Shown one piece after another: positions 11,039 through 22,704 of a stretch of DNA of 64,000 nucleotides; the first letter of the stretch is position 1, and every line of letters starts with the position of its first letter. This stretch comes from Eremomyces bilateralis CBS 781.70 (Eukaryota), in the NCBI GenBank assembly GCA_010015585.1, contig ML975162.1. The stretch is one strand, 5' to 3'. Under the pieces are notes generated by a model. That model had not been told where the DNA came from. It did no database searches and worked only from the letters and a program-made list of their open reading frames with translations. The translations under genes were made by a program, and so were the position numbers.

Positions 11039-12935
11039 TTAGCCCTTCCCCGAAAACCGCCGCTTAAACCAACTCTTCCGTTTCGTGCTCCCGCTCGTCT
11101 GCAACCCTTGACTCGCCCCCGACCTCACCGCCTGCAGCCTTCCGCTCTTCGGCGGCGGCGGCGGCGGCGCGTCGTTGTTCGCTCCGGAGTACGCGTTTCC
11201 GCCGCCGAGATGGATCGCGCCGCCGTTGCTGCTGCCGTTGCTGTTGCCGTTGCTGTACGGCTGGTGCGGAGGGGAGGGGTAGTTCGAGGCGGGTTGGCTC
11301 TGGTAGTGATGCGGAGGTGGCTGCGGCGGTTGGTCGGCGTGGTTGTAGCTCGAATTGCCGTAGCCGCTGTCAGTGGGGAAGTTCGTCGCGTTGTACTGCT
11401 GCGACATATCGCGGTATGGGCTCTGCACGGCCGGTGTCGGGGTCGGCTGCTGCTCGCCCTGTGACCCGTATCCCCACCCCGTCCCGAACCCCTGGTCGTC
11501 CACGGGATTGCGCAGCTGCGGCGGCGTTACGCCATCGTAGGAGTATGGATCCGGGGCCATGTTCGCTGAGTCCTTCGCTGCCGCGGCGGCGCCCAGGCTT
11601 CCGTCCTCGATGCTGGTGTCGGCGCTGCCGGGCCACAGCTCGCTGCTCGTCAAGCCTTGGCTGCCGCTGGCGCTGCCGGAGCCGGAGGCACCAGTGTTGA
11701 CGGTATCGCGGCTTTGGTGGTAGCCTTGGTTGGGGTAGATGCCTTGGGCAGGGTTGTAGCGGGAGAGGGCGGGTTCGGGGGTGCGTTCGTGGGGGGAGGT
11801 GCCGTTGTCGCCGTAGGGTCGGGGGGTGGGGTGGCCGGGGTAGTGGCGGCGGGGAGGGGGGTTGTACTGTTGTGGGGAGGAGTAGGAGTCGTAGTAGGAG
11901 TCGCGGTTGCGGTAGTAGCCGCCTGCGTTGGAATTGGAGTAGCCGCCGGGGGTGGAGTAACCAGAGCCGTAGGCGGGTTGGCGAGAGTAGCTGTCCATTC
12001 CTGTGGGGGTTAGTGGGCTGTTGAGTTATAATAAAGTGTAGTTGTGATGGATTGGGGATCATGGATGTATCGGTGCGGTTGAGAGGATGGGTTTGTTGTT
12101 GCGTACCAAATTGACTATTCCGCCGACTATTGTTACCGCTATTGTTTTGGTCGTACCCTATGGATGTCTGATTAGCTTCTGGTTCTCCGAGACCCTTCCG
12201 TAAAGCCGTCTTTGTGTCGCCATTTGGTTCGAACATACCATTCGACCCATACATCGACTGCCTCTTATCCCACCAGCTCTTCTCGATTTGTTCGTCGAAA
12301 CCGCGAATTGTATCGAGAGGACGCTCCATCCGTGATCGTGTCGGATTTGACCGGTCGGGATCCGCTGATTCTTGTCAATTGCTGACTCCGTAAAGCTCTT
12401 CAAGCGGACTTACTGATCACATTGCCATGAATATCTTTGAGAGTGCCGGTTCGCAGCGCACCAAGTGTGGAAGCTTCAAGCGCTCTTGCGACTGTGAAAA
12501 TCGCAGGTTAGCAAAACTATGTCCACACATCGGACCCAATTCCAATCCAGCATCCCCACGGATGCTTCCCAGAGCCGCATGTTACAACCCGAAGCTCCGT
12601 AATCGCTTCCGTCGGGATGTATGGAACCGTGCATGCACTCGAACAAACGTACCAGGCTGCATTTCCATCATAGCGGCATTCGGATTCGCCTTCGTCGTGT
12701 GCGAGATGCGGTTCTTCCTCTTCTCCGCGTCGGTCTCCCTCAGATGTTCCTTCGTCGACTTCGCTCCCCCGTGCGTCGACGAGCTTCCGCTCTTGTTGCT
12801 CTTGAAGCTGAAGTGCGACTGGGCTCGCGGGCGCTGCTGCGGTGGCGGTTGCGATTGCGGTGGTTGTGAGGGGGGTTGTTGCTGGGATGAGGGATAGTAC
12901 GGGCGATACTGTTGTTGTTCCTCCATGACGGACAT
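11039..12935 (-). CDS. DUF2406-domain protein, 5 exons, low-complexity C-terminus
   Basis: Spliced product contains TKANPNAAMMEMQP...KDIHGNVITDPDRSNPTRSRMERPLDTIRGF (DUF2406 signature) and ends KRKSWFKRRFSGKG*. Four canonical introns restore the frame. Confidence 0.85.
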
Positions 12936-15399
12936 GGCTGGGGTTTTGTTCGATATAATCGATCGGCGGTTTTAGCGGGTTGTTGAGCAGCTCTCAGGAT
13001 TGCTCCCTTCAGAGTCGGTGTCGTCGTGGAGCGCTAGGGCAGATAGCGGCGGTTTTGATGGAGCGAGGGTGGCGGAGACGCTGGGGATAGGCGTAGGTTG
13101 ACGATTTCGGGGCCCAGTGTCCCGCTTTGTGCACGTCCGTCGCGGGACCCAACGTGGCTGTTTCTTTGGAACGGTCACAGCCGGCGCAGTGCGTCGTCGA
13201 GCGCCTGTAGGAAAATCGACGGGACCCGGTGGAGGCTGGAGGCGGGAAGTGGGCAGACGACGGGGGTGGAATCACGATGTGGGATGTTAATGATAAGGGT
13301 ATATGAGAAGGAAGAGGCGGGTGAGTTCGGCCTCAATGTGAAGCGAGGTGACAACCGAATTAAGCGAGTGAATGGCTTCTAGCTTGTGCATTTGATAGAT
13401 GCCAGGTGGCTGGTGAAAGCGTGGACTTAAGATGGGATGATAATCATCGTACGCTCGTAAGGGAAGAGGTTGACACAACGCCCATGTGGTGCAGCGAACT
13501 TCCGGAGGCTGAGGTGGCCCCGACGTCAAACGAAAGCAGTTTCTAAGGTTAATCAATCAAGCGAGCGACAAGGTATTGTGTATATACAGCCAAATGCTTA
13601 ATACGATCAGCATAGCATGAAACGAGAGATGCGGAGTGTGGAGGGCCTGAGGGGTAACAAGTAGGTACGTAATAAGGGGAGTGAGATTTACAAGTTGAGG
13701 AGGTTGGGGCACCAGAGGATGAGATTTTAACTGTCCTGTGCTTCCTACCAACTTTAGTTACCCGTAGAGGTCCCGGTACAGGTACTTGGTACCTACGGAG
13801 TTATAAACTCGGCAACTTCATAGCATGCAATTTATTTATCGTAAATACTGCATGGGCACTTGGGCAGTACTACTCTGGAAGGGGGGGCATCAAAGTGGTA
13901 TCAATCCTTTCATTCCATCTCTCGAATTCAATACGATCTTTGGCTCCACTAGTTACATACTACTTCTCCACTCCATCGTAGACTTCGTAGTCAATACAAA
14001 ATTGCATGATGTCCGGAGTTACAACATACCAGTACTTACCTGCAGTCCTGCAATGAGGAAGAGTGTCTCGGGGGAAAACTGGGCAACATAACGTCAGTTG
14101 GATCGTGCATCATTCTGTGCCTCCGCTGATGTGCAAACGGCGAGGACCAACAATGCCCAGTTCAGTAGGTATTGTCGCGGGAGGTCCAGGATTTGACAAA
14201 GGGATCCCTAGGTAGCGTCCTGCTCGCGTCTATCTTTGGCTGATTATGACTTGCCCGTATCAATCAGCAAATGGGAGCAAGTCAGGCCCCAAAGCCAAAA
14301 GGCATGCCAACAGATGTCAGAATTCCCGCTGATCGCCGGTAATGAGACGGAGTACCCAACCATAGAAAACGTTGAAACCTGTTTTCCTCATGCCCTCCCT
14401 CCTCCCTCCAGTGACGTGAAACGTCCTGTTCGTCCTTGGAGTACAGCATGCCCAGTCGCGGGTTATTGATGTCCAGCTCTGCTCCGCGTCAATAGCTCCT
14501 CATCATCAATCATCACTAATCGTGGGACAAGAACTTCGGAAGGAGCTCTGCAACTAGAGCCGCGGTGACTAGAGCCGTGCAACGCCTCATCTCCAAAACT
14601 TCTAATGGGTGGGAACTAGATTGGGAGCAGAATGTCAGGACTTGGCGTTGGTGAATCCGGTGAGCGGTGACGAAGCCTCAAACCGCACTCCTTAGAGGTT
14701 GATTAATAGTCGTCATGGCCTGCAGAATGCAGATCCACCCGATTGTTGAGAAACTTGGGGAATGGGAGTTGTGGTGGCTCAGGACGGGATGGGAATTGGC
14801 AACGCCCTTCTCTACTCTAAGCTCATGCAGGTTAGGCGGACAGGAAAAAATACCAATCATAGAACAATTCGACCGTCGCTTATCGTGTAATAGTTCGCAA
14901 TTCTCGTGAGCTGTAAAATTAGAAGCCCAGCCAAAATACGATAAGGTATTTCCGGAGCGCGCTGATGGAGTGTGGAGGTCGCGTTTCATAGCACGTATCA
15001 GATTCATCTACATACATATTACGGTAGTATCTCCTCACTCTTCATTTCCGCCGCCGAACAGCTTAGTAGGGGTTGGTCCGTCGAATCGAGAAAATGTATA
15101 TCAAGGCAGGAAGAGTATGATTCCTAGTTGAATACTATGGTACAAATAAAAGACATGTAGAAGATATAAATTAGCGACGGATATAAGGACTGAGGACTAG
15201 TTATTCCGTACTATGGCTATTATGGTAACTATACATCTACCGCTGGAGGCTTCCTCTCCTGGAGGCTTCTTCTTCTTGGAGGCCTGAGCTTCCGTGATAC
15301 CTCTCCCCGATCTACTTTAATGTACTTGTTAAGACAGTATATCATTAGCAGGTAAATGAATTAGTTGGTCGGATTACAGCTTGGGTCGGTTTTTAGTGC

Positions 15400-15830
15400 A
15401 TCGATCATTGCCCTGCAGCTTGGTCCAGAATACCCTCAGGTTTCCATTTCTGCCTGATCAGGTCTTCCCCAAGGAAACATTCAGATTCGATCCATTAGGC
15501 TCCTATCCAAGAGAGGGTCAGGCGATCAGGTTGAGGCCGCTTTCCCGGGCGAATCCGAATTGACAACCAGATGAACACGGCTGCATTGCTGCTGGGGATC
15601 TGACATGATAACGGTAGTAGCATGCCGGACCTAATATCTCGCTGCAAGTGGAGTCAATCCATGCCAGCGCATAGGTGGATGAGAGCTCTTTGTCGTTGCT
15701 TGTATTACCTCCAGACACTTAAGTACTCCAGGACTTGTCCGCCCAAGACGGGTTAAAGGTATCATTGTTAATACTTCCCGCGTGGTAGGTATGATCCAAA
15801 GCGCAGTAATCTGGGACCAGTGAGCTGAAT
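15400..15830 (-). pseudogene. Possible decayed gene remnant
   Basis: One frame reads VPDYCALDHTYHAGSINNDTFNPSWADKSWST*VSGGNTSNDKELSSTYALAWIDSTCSEILGPACYY...LIA*PSLG*. It looks protein-like but has stops and lies next to a TA-rich tract. No family recognised. Confidence 0.2.
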
Positions 15831-16015
15831 AAAACCGACAGTTCCTACGTCCGCTTCGAAATCCTTACTAGTAAACTTGTGCTCTTTTGGAATTGATACT
15901 ATAAGAGGTGAATACTACGACCGTCAAGAAAACACGTAGATGCGAAATCGCGGGAGTAGTCGTCAAGCTCCAATTCTCCCAAAAACAGAAAATTGCGTAG
16001 TGATCGCAATCATTC

Positions 16016-17351
16016 TCATTGCCTGTGTGTAAGACCGATGGTAACACCCGACAATTCCTGCAGCACCAAATGTCCATGTTCCTCGTCTGAAACAATTGCT
16101 GTCTTGCTAGTGATTGCGTGGGGTGATTTTGGGCTCCGGAAGATGCTCGTCGGGGGACGACCCGAACTCAGGACCGAGCTAGACCGAGTGGATTTCGTCT
16201 TCCAGAAGCTGTGGACTTTGCTCAACATGCCGCCAAAAGGGCCGAATATGGGCCGGAGAAGTGGCCGCATAGCCGGGACGCAGGCACAGATATGTAAGAT
16301 GAGTTAGCCAAGATATTTGAAGCTGTCAGGACTTGTAGCCAAGAGCAAAACTCACCACAGCCAAGTCGTTCTCAACGGCGCTTGCAAGAAAAGCTGGATA
16401 GTAATACCAGCTATAATCCCACAGAGGATTGTGAAAAACTTTCCATGTATAGTAAGTGCGAAGCGCTCCGGCAGCTGTGACGATATAGCCCAGTGCAAGG
16501 AGCACAACCAGACCATACCGCTGCTGTGGTCGGAGTTTCATGCTGAGGATGAGAGGGATGGGAAGAGTGGTGACTAAGACATCAATGAAAGTCTTCACAA
16601 CTCCGCCAGCCACCAGTACAGTGCCTTCATCGGCGCATGGTGCCTCAGTCGATACTTTCCAGAATGCCGAAATTGGTCTAAAATAATGCACCTGTCAGAA
16701 CAGACGCTCATCTCATAAACTCCTTGCTGGACTCACATGCATGGAACGATCTGGAGCACGAGGAAGACAATCCAGCAGATTAGGTTGAATGCTATAGAAC
16801 TAGATAGCGCAAGGCGAAACCATCGGATGTTGACATCGGTGATGAGGCGGTAGTAGAAAGCGAGTAGTGAGACCATGGTAGCATTTGCGGCAATCAGAAA
16901 TAATATTTTTGTAGCATATGCAAGCTTGAGGGAACCTATGGATATTAGTACAGGTTGGAAGTATGCCAAACTGGCTCTTTCGCTGACAATGCTGTAGAAG
17001 GAGACTGAGGGAGGTAGGTGATGGAGCCGGGGAAATAAAACGATCCGGCATACCGTCAATCCATTCAATGGGGACGTCCCAGGTATGCCTATTCCATCCG
17101 TACTTTGAAATGCCCAGGTCGACAGTGACGTTCGTACCAATCGTGAACAGGAGAGCAAAGCAGATGAGGACATCATCGATGCCAAACCAGCGGGTAATGA
17201 AAATCCTAGCGTACAAGCGCAAAGCGACGGCGACTGCGGCAAAAGCAGTAAAAATGGAACTGGCGACTAGCAGCGATGAACCTCGAGTTTCTGGAGTTTC
17301 GTAGTCAGGGGGTGGCCACTTAAGGAGGATTTCAGTCGGTGGAAGTATCAT
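16016..17351 (-). CDS. PTH11-like (fungal rhodopsin domain) integral membrane protein without CFEM domain (exons 17351-17054, 16935-16737, 16677-16356, 16291-16016); last acceptor is non-canonical
   Basis: KWPPPDYETPETRG, VALRLYARIFITRWFGIDD, YGWNRHTWDVP, SLLAFYYRL, CIPISAFW, DVLVTTLPIPLI, AVENDLAVICACVPAMRPL follow the PTH11-like motif order. Confidence 0.85.
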
Positions 17352-18746
17352 GGCGAGGGATAAATTGTCCGCTCTAGGAGAATGACCGGCTGCAGTATCT
17401 GGAGCGCAAATCGGCGCGAAGGACGTCTTGGAATGCTATATGGCGACTCCTCGGACATGGAACGGGTGTGTCTGAGGGTGGATGGAGGTGAAAATGAAAT
17501 TTTATGCCTCTCATTGCGAACAGATGTCAATAAGTACTAATTCGTACGGCAACAAACTTCAACGGCAGGTCATTTAGCTCTGCCAAGCAACGCCTTTTGG
17601 GTAATACCTTACTCGTGTGTCCTGCCTTGTATCTACAGGCACGAAGCGACTATCGCATTGGAATGGCTTGAGGCTGGCGAGGGTCATTTGGCCAGTTTAA
17701 ACTTTATTTACCATGGCTGGTGCGACGGCATAAGTTCCCTGAATGCAGGGGTATGACATGATGGCTTCTGAGCAGACTGGGCGCCATGATATCTGCACGT
17801 TCCCAAAACATGGATTACCAAAGTTTGCGCTGACTGATTCGAAGTGGCTATTGTACGTGACTTGGACAAGATGGTCTTCGTCATTGTCGGCAGCCAGATA
17901 GAAAGTGGATGGAGTCGCTCGATCGGCAGCTTGTTCTCCCTGTGACCCTGACGGCTAGAGAGTTTGTCGTCGTAGTCCTCAGCCACTCGCTAGACTGTCC
18001 GGCCTGATGATGTGGCTCAACCATCCACCCCGTGCCGCTTTCTATCGTAGTGACACCAACCAGATCGTATACACTTTCATGAGACTAGAGTTCTTCCATC
18101 CCTTGACGGACAAACTACTGCTTTCCCATATGAACCAGCTTTCATTAATATCCCAAGTATCTTTAATGGTGTCTGAATTGCAATGTCTCGTTTCCGTGTT
18201 TCGCCTGAGTCAATCCTCCTACGCGGATAATCTGTCGATTTGACACAATCCATTCCTGCAACCACTTGTGCGGATGAAAGATCACTTCCATTGCCAAGTA
18301 GCAACGCAAATGGTGACATGGAACCATCATCTGAAGAGCAAGGGATTGAGAAGCACCAATCACGAATCACAAGAGACCATTTCAAGGAAACCACCATCTT
18401 CCACCATAGATGAGTATATGGGTTTTTGAGAGTGAATCGAAACGACCCCCATAACCATATCCGATAAATATATTGTGGCCCCGTAGGGTCCAGAACCCAG
18501 AACCCAGCGCACGAAGAAACGAAAAGAAACGAACTGGCCATCCCGGCCCAACTCCACATCCCCTGACGACACGCCATCCAGGCAGCTACGGAAGGAGAAA
18601 CCACGACGACCAGCCATGAATGTTCTTGATCCGTCGTTCAACTGCCGTGTTTCTCCGACCGTAGATGAGGAGGGGGATCCTCATGATCACCACCCTCCCC
18701 ATCACCGTCCTCCGTCGACCACACCTCACTCTTCTCACTCCCCCCA

Positions 18747-21700
18747 CTACCCCACATCCCCCCACTCTGCCCACTCCTCCTCCTCCACCACTACCTTCTT
18801 CCTCATCTCCTTCGACATCTGCCTTTTCAACTGCGTCAGCTCCTCTAAGAGCCTCTTCGCCACCGGGTCTTTCCACTTCCCCTCCGTGAAATACTGCCTC
18901 CAGACCTTCCTCTTCGAGGAATAGGCCTGGACGACACGCTCCTCCTCCTCCTCCTCCTCCTCCTCCTCCTTCTTCTTCTTCTTCTTCTTCTTCTCCTCCT
19001 CCTCCTTCTTCTTCTTCTTCTTCTTCTTCTTCTCCTCCTCCTCCTCCTGCTTCTTCCTTTCCGGCTCCCACAACCGCCTCTCCTTCTTCGTCACCTCCTC
19101 CGCGAGTCGCCTCGCCTCCTCAATGTGCCGCTTCCCCTTGGCCCACAACTTCTCCAGCTCCTCCCTCTCCGCTTGGCCAATCCACGCGTCTATCCCGTGC
19201 AACCCATTGTTACAGTCCCGCTGCACCTCCATGCTGCGATCGCTGTGGTTCCTCTGTCGAGGCTTGAAGTCCGAATTGCCGACTTCCTCCTCCCCCCACG
19301 TCGCCTTCCCCCGGTTTCCAGGGCCTTCCTCATCTGGAAAGGGCCGTTTGGCGGGACGACTCGCGGGCGCTGCACATCGCGGAGCACCAGGGCGACGAGA
19401 TCGCTTCAATGATGCTGTTGGCTGCGGTGCTCTGGATAGCGCGGAAGAGGGAGTGCTTGGGTCTGCGGAAAAGATGAATGCAGAGCTGGGGGAGGTGGCG
19501 GTAAAGGTGGGGTTCGAAGCCGTGGTTGTCAGTGCGGCAAAGGGAAATGAGGCGGGAGCGGAGGCGGCGAAGTCAAAGGTGGAGGGCGTGGGATTGTATG
19601 CGGGTGTAGCTGCGGGCGCGGTGGGAACCGGGATCGAAAGCCAGGAGAAGGGCGAGGGACCGAGGGAGGCCGAAGGATTTGTGATTGTCAGAGGAGCAAC
19701 GGGAACAGGAACCGGGGCGGCGTCGTTCATCGATCCATCCGGCAACGAGCCGATGGAAGAGCCGAAGGAAAGACCGAGCACACGAGTCTCAACATCGTCG
19801 TCCAGCCATTGGTCCATTAAGTCGTTGTCCGGCGCGTCCTCCAGCGGCTCGTCGTACAGCTCGTCGTACTCCAACCCTGCGGCTTGTCGGGCAATATCAG
19901 CCTCCTGGCCCAGCTCTACGTCCAGAAGCAACTCCTCGTCGTTGTCATTGTCCGCCTCCATGACGTCCAGCGCCATGTCCCCATCATCGTTGAGATTGAA
20001 CTCTGCCTCTATCGCGTCGAGCCCCTCGTCGGACATAAAGGATGAGAGGGGTGAAGAATGCGGTGATATGTCCACATCTTCTTGACGGGCAAGCGATGAA
20101 GGGGATGGCGGTGCTATGATGAGTGCGACAGGCGGAACGACGAGGTGTGCGGGAACGGGAGCGAGAACCGGACCAGGGACTTGGACATGTGCTGGTGATG
20201 TGGGTGGTGACGGAGTGCGAGCGATAGCGGACTTGGCGAGGATTATGGGTGCAGGTACGGGTCCGGGTACTGGAGGCGGCGACCTCGCCGGGGAACGGGT
20301 GGAAGTTCGAGTCGAAGATCGAACCAAAGACCGAACCGAAAACCGAACCGAAGACCAAGCACCGTAGGGGGTCCACCTGGAACTCGCAGTGCTGGCTCGT
20401 CCAATCCGGCGTACCAACTGCCTTCCCTCAACCTGATTGTGCTTGAAAGCCGCCTCAGCGGCCGGCTGGACGGGTGAGGGCTGGGCAAAGACAGCTGGTC
20501 CGGAGACCGGTGAAATGACCGGAGCCGGGCTGGACGACTCGCCTGTCGCGATGATGGCCATGGTAGCAATGGGCTGCTCCTCTTCGACCCCTCCCAAATC
20601 TGCCGCATCAGCAATCTCCTCCCCAGGAGATGTGGCGGACACCACAACGGGCGCAACAGCACTCTCTTCCTCCTGAGATGTGGCGTCGTCCTCCGTCTCT
20701 TCCCAGAGAACAGCATCCCGCTCAGCACTCTCATCCTCATGAGATGTAGCGGACTCTGTCTCTTCCAGAATCACGGCTCCCGCGTCAGTACTCTTTTCCC
20801 CATGAAATGTGGCGGTCACCGCGTCGGAATCTGCCGCAGCAACAATCTCTTCCCCAACAGATGTGGTGGGCTTTTCTTCAGAGGCCACAGCACCCGCATC
20901 AGCACTCTCATCCCCATGAGATATGGCGGGTGCCGTGCCTGGACCAGTGGAACCCGGGACCCAGTCCTGTAAAGCCTCGTCCGACTCGGATGCTTCTGCC
21001 AGGACGACGGCCGGTTCCTCCGCCGAAGGGACCCTCAACAAGGGCCGCCAAAGTCGTGCTTGACGAGAGCCGCTGGACATGCTGCCCTGGCTGGACGGAG
21101 CAGCGGTCCCTGTCTGGTTGAGGCCCCGACGGATAAGGAAGGCCTCGGCGGATGGATTACTGACGGGCACGTATTTGCAGGTGTACCCGGGCGTGAGGCG
21201 TTCCAAAAGGCGTTCCAAGCCTTCCTCCGACAACACTAAGTTTGACGTTTGGTCGTTGCCGGAGTCTAGGGAGGTTGGTTGACTGGACCAGTTCCAGTCC
21301 ACGTCATCCGAGGGCTTCAGTTGCACGACGCCCTGCTGATTGTCAGAGGGGGCGGAGGTGGCTGGACCGGAACTGGCTGGCGATGGTGAGGGCGAGGAGG
21401 GCGTGTGCGAGGAGGGAGAGGAAGGCGAGGGCGGGGCCGATGATGAGGCCGAACGAGAACCGGAGGGTGAGGACTGGGTAGGAGAGGGACGGCGAATTGG
21501 CCCGAAAATGAGCGAACCCCGATGGATCGGGTGAGGTTCTGCCTGGAAGGGGGTGGTGATGATGGCCACCGAGCCCCCGTCGTTGTTGCTGTCGTCTTTG
21601 CTGTCGCTGTCGTCGTTGCTGTCGCTGTCGTCGCCAGCGTCAAAGCCCTCAACCTCCTCGAGCTTGCCTTGCAGACGAAGAGGGCAGGCTGGACGGCTGG

Positions 21701-22592
21701 ACTTGTTGTTGGTGCCATCATCGGCTTCGGCGTCGTCGGTGGGGGTGAGGGGGGATTCTGACTGGGAGGTCGGGCTGGGAGGCGAGAGCGAGGACTCTGG
21801 CAGCCCGAAGAGTAAGGGCGAAGGGGGAGGGGAGGGGAGGTCGTCGTCGTCGGACGAAGAGGAATCGGAGGATGACGAGGACGAGGAGAGGGGCAGCGAT
21901 GACGCATGCTGGACCTGCAGGAGCCGCTCAATGCTTGGTTGGTCAGCGAGCTCCTGGCCAAAGAGTGCCTCTTCCTTGAGAGACAACACTTCCTTCGCTG
22001 CATCCAGCAGCGACTCGCGCCCGGCGCGGAGGACTTGTCCCGGCCACTTCGGGAGAGCGGCACCGATGGCTTTGACGAGCCGGACGAGTACCACGGCACG
22101 CACGGTAAGGCCGAACAGAATGAGGACCACGAGGATCAGAGCCGTCACCTGTAGAATGTTGACATTGGTGCCAGGGACGCGGGTGCCGAGTTCGCGGTAC
22201 GGGAATCCGATCGACTCGTACTCCGAGTTCAGGTTCGGGAGGTCAGTGGCCGGTTGGGCGCGCGGGGAGAGGTCAAGCATCCGAAGGAGTTCTTCCTGGG
22301 CGGGGGTCAGGAAGTCGAATACCATGGCATCAGCCGCTTGGTAATCGCGACTGTGAGGCCGGGTTGAGGAGGGGGATGGTGGCGTGATTCGGAGCCACCG
22401 GGAAGCCCAACCCACTAGGGGAGGGAAGTTGAGGTCGGGGTTGGTCTTGACCACAGCGGCCAGGAACAGAGAGAGGATGGCAATGATGCCAGTGATGATT
22501 GATGGAAGCACCATGGTGATTGGCTTGATGGCGCTTTTGAAAAGAGGGTGGGCACGATTGATGTGCCGTTGAGTTTGTGCTATGAAAGACAA
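18747..22592 (-). CDS. Large intronless orphan protein (1281 aa): two N-terminal hydrophobic helices, S/P- and D/E-rich disordered body, internal repeats, C-terminal E/K coiled coil
   Basis: Uninterrupted 3.8 kb ORF with a TATATAAA box upstream. No family recognised. Confidence 0.75.
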   Translation of the reverse strand: MSFIAQTQRHINRAHPLFKSAIKPITMVLPSIITGIIAILSLFLAAVVKTNPDLNFPPLVGWASRWLRITPPSPSSTRPHSRDYQAADAMVFDFLTPAQEELLRMLDLSPRAQPATDLPNLNSEYESIGFPYRELGTRVPGTNVNILQVTALILVVLILFGLTVRAVVLVRLVKAIGAALPKWPGQVLRAGRESLLDAAKEVLSLKEEALFGQELADQPSIERLLQVQHASSLPLSSSSSSSDSSSSDDDDLPSPPPSPLLFGLPESSLSPPSPTSQSESPLTPTDDAEADDGTNNKSSRPACPLRLQGKLEEVEGFDAGDDSDSNDDSDSKDDSNNDGGSVAIITTPFQAEPHPIHRGSLIFGPIRRPSPTQSSPSGSRSASSSAPPSPSSPSSHTPSSPSPSPASSGPATSAPSDNQQGVVQLKPSDDVDWNWSSQPTSLDSGNDQTSNLVLSEEGLERLLERLTPGYTCKYVPVSNPSAEAFLIRRGLNQTGTAAPSSQGSMSSGSRQARLWRPLLRVPSAEEPAVVLAEASESDEALQDWVPGSTGPGTAPAISHGDESADAGAVASEEKPTTSVGEEIVAAADSDAVTATFHGEKSTDAGAVILEETESATSHEDESAERDAVLWEETEDDATSQEEESAVAPVVVSATSPGEEIADAADLGGVEEEQPIATMAIIATGESSSPAPVISPVSGPAVFAQPSPVQPAAEAAFKHNQVEGRQLVRRIGRASTASSRWTPYGAWSSVRFSVRSLVRSSTRTSTRSPARSPPPVPGPVPAPIILAKSAIARTPSPPTSPAHVQVPGPVLAPVPAHLVVPPVALIIAPPSPSSLARQEDVDISPHSSPLSSFMSDEGLDAIEAEFNLNDDGDMALDVMEADNDNDEELLLDVELGQEADIARQAAGLEYDELYDEPLEDAPDNDLMDQWLDDDVETRVLGLSFGSSIGSLPDGSMNDAAPVPVPVAPLTITNPSASLGPSPFSWLSIPVPTAPAATPAYNPTPSTFDFAASAPASFPFAALTTTASNPTFTATSPSSAFIFSADPSTPSSALSRAPQPTASLKRSRRPGAPRCAAPASRPAKRPFPDEEGPGNRGKATWGEEEVGNSDFKPRQRNHSDRSMEVQRDCNNGLHGIDAWIGQAEREELEKLWAKGKRHIEEARRLAEEVTKKERRLWEPERKKQEEEEEKKKKKKKKKEEEEKKKKKKKKEEEEEEEEEERVVQAYSSKRKVWRQYFTEGKWKDPVAKRLLEELTQLKRQMSKEMRKKVVVEEEEWAEWGDVG
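18939..19046 (-). repeat. Compound coding microsatellite (GAG)5(AAG)9(GAG)4(AAG)8(GAG)10 encoding E5K9E4K8E10
   Basis: Read directly as CTC/CTT runs on the + strand. Confidence 0.97.
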
Positions 22593-22696
22593 GTGCTTGG
22601 GTTTGTAGATAATTTTGATAGCTGTCTGTATGAAGGACTTGTCTGTCTTTGTGTCTTTGTGATGCGAAAAGGGAAGATTTGGATAGAAGAGAAATG

Positions 22697-22704
22697 TTTA
22701 TATA
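22697..22704 (-). promoter_or_regulatory. TATA box (TATATAAA) upstream of the 1281-aa orphan
   Basis: Consensus TATA about 105 bp 5' of the ATG at 22592. Confidence 0.55.

Noticed and set aside
19123..22344. Long + strand ORFs (320 aa, 263 aa) opposite the orphan
   Set aside because: Antisense shadows of GC-rich low-complexity coding sequence.
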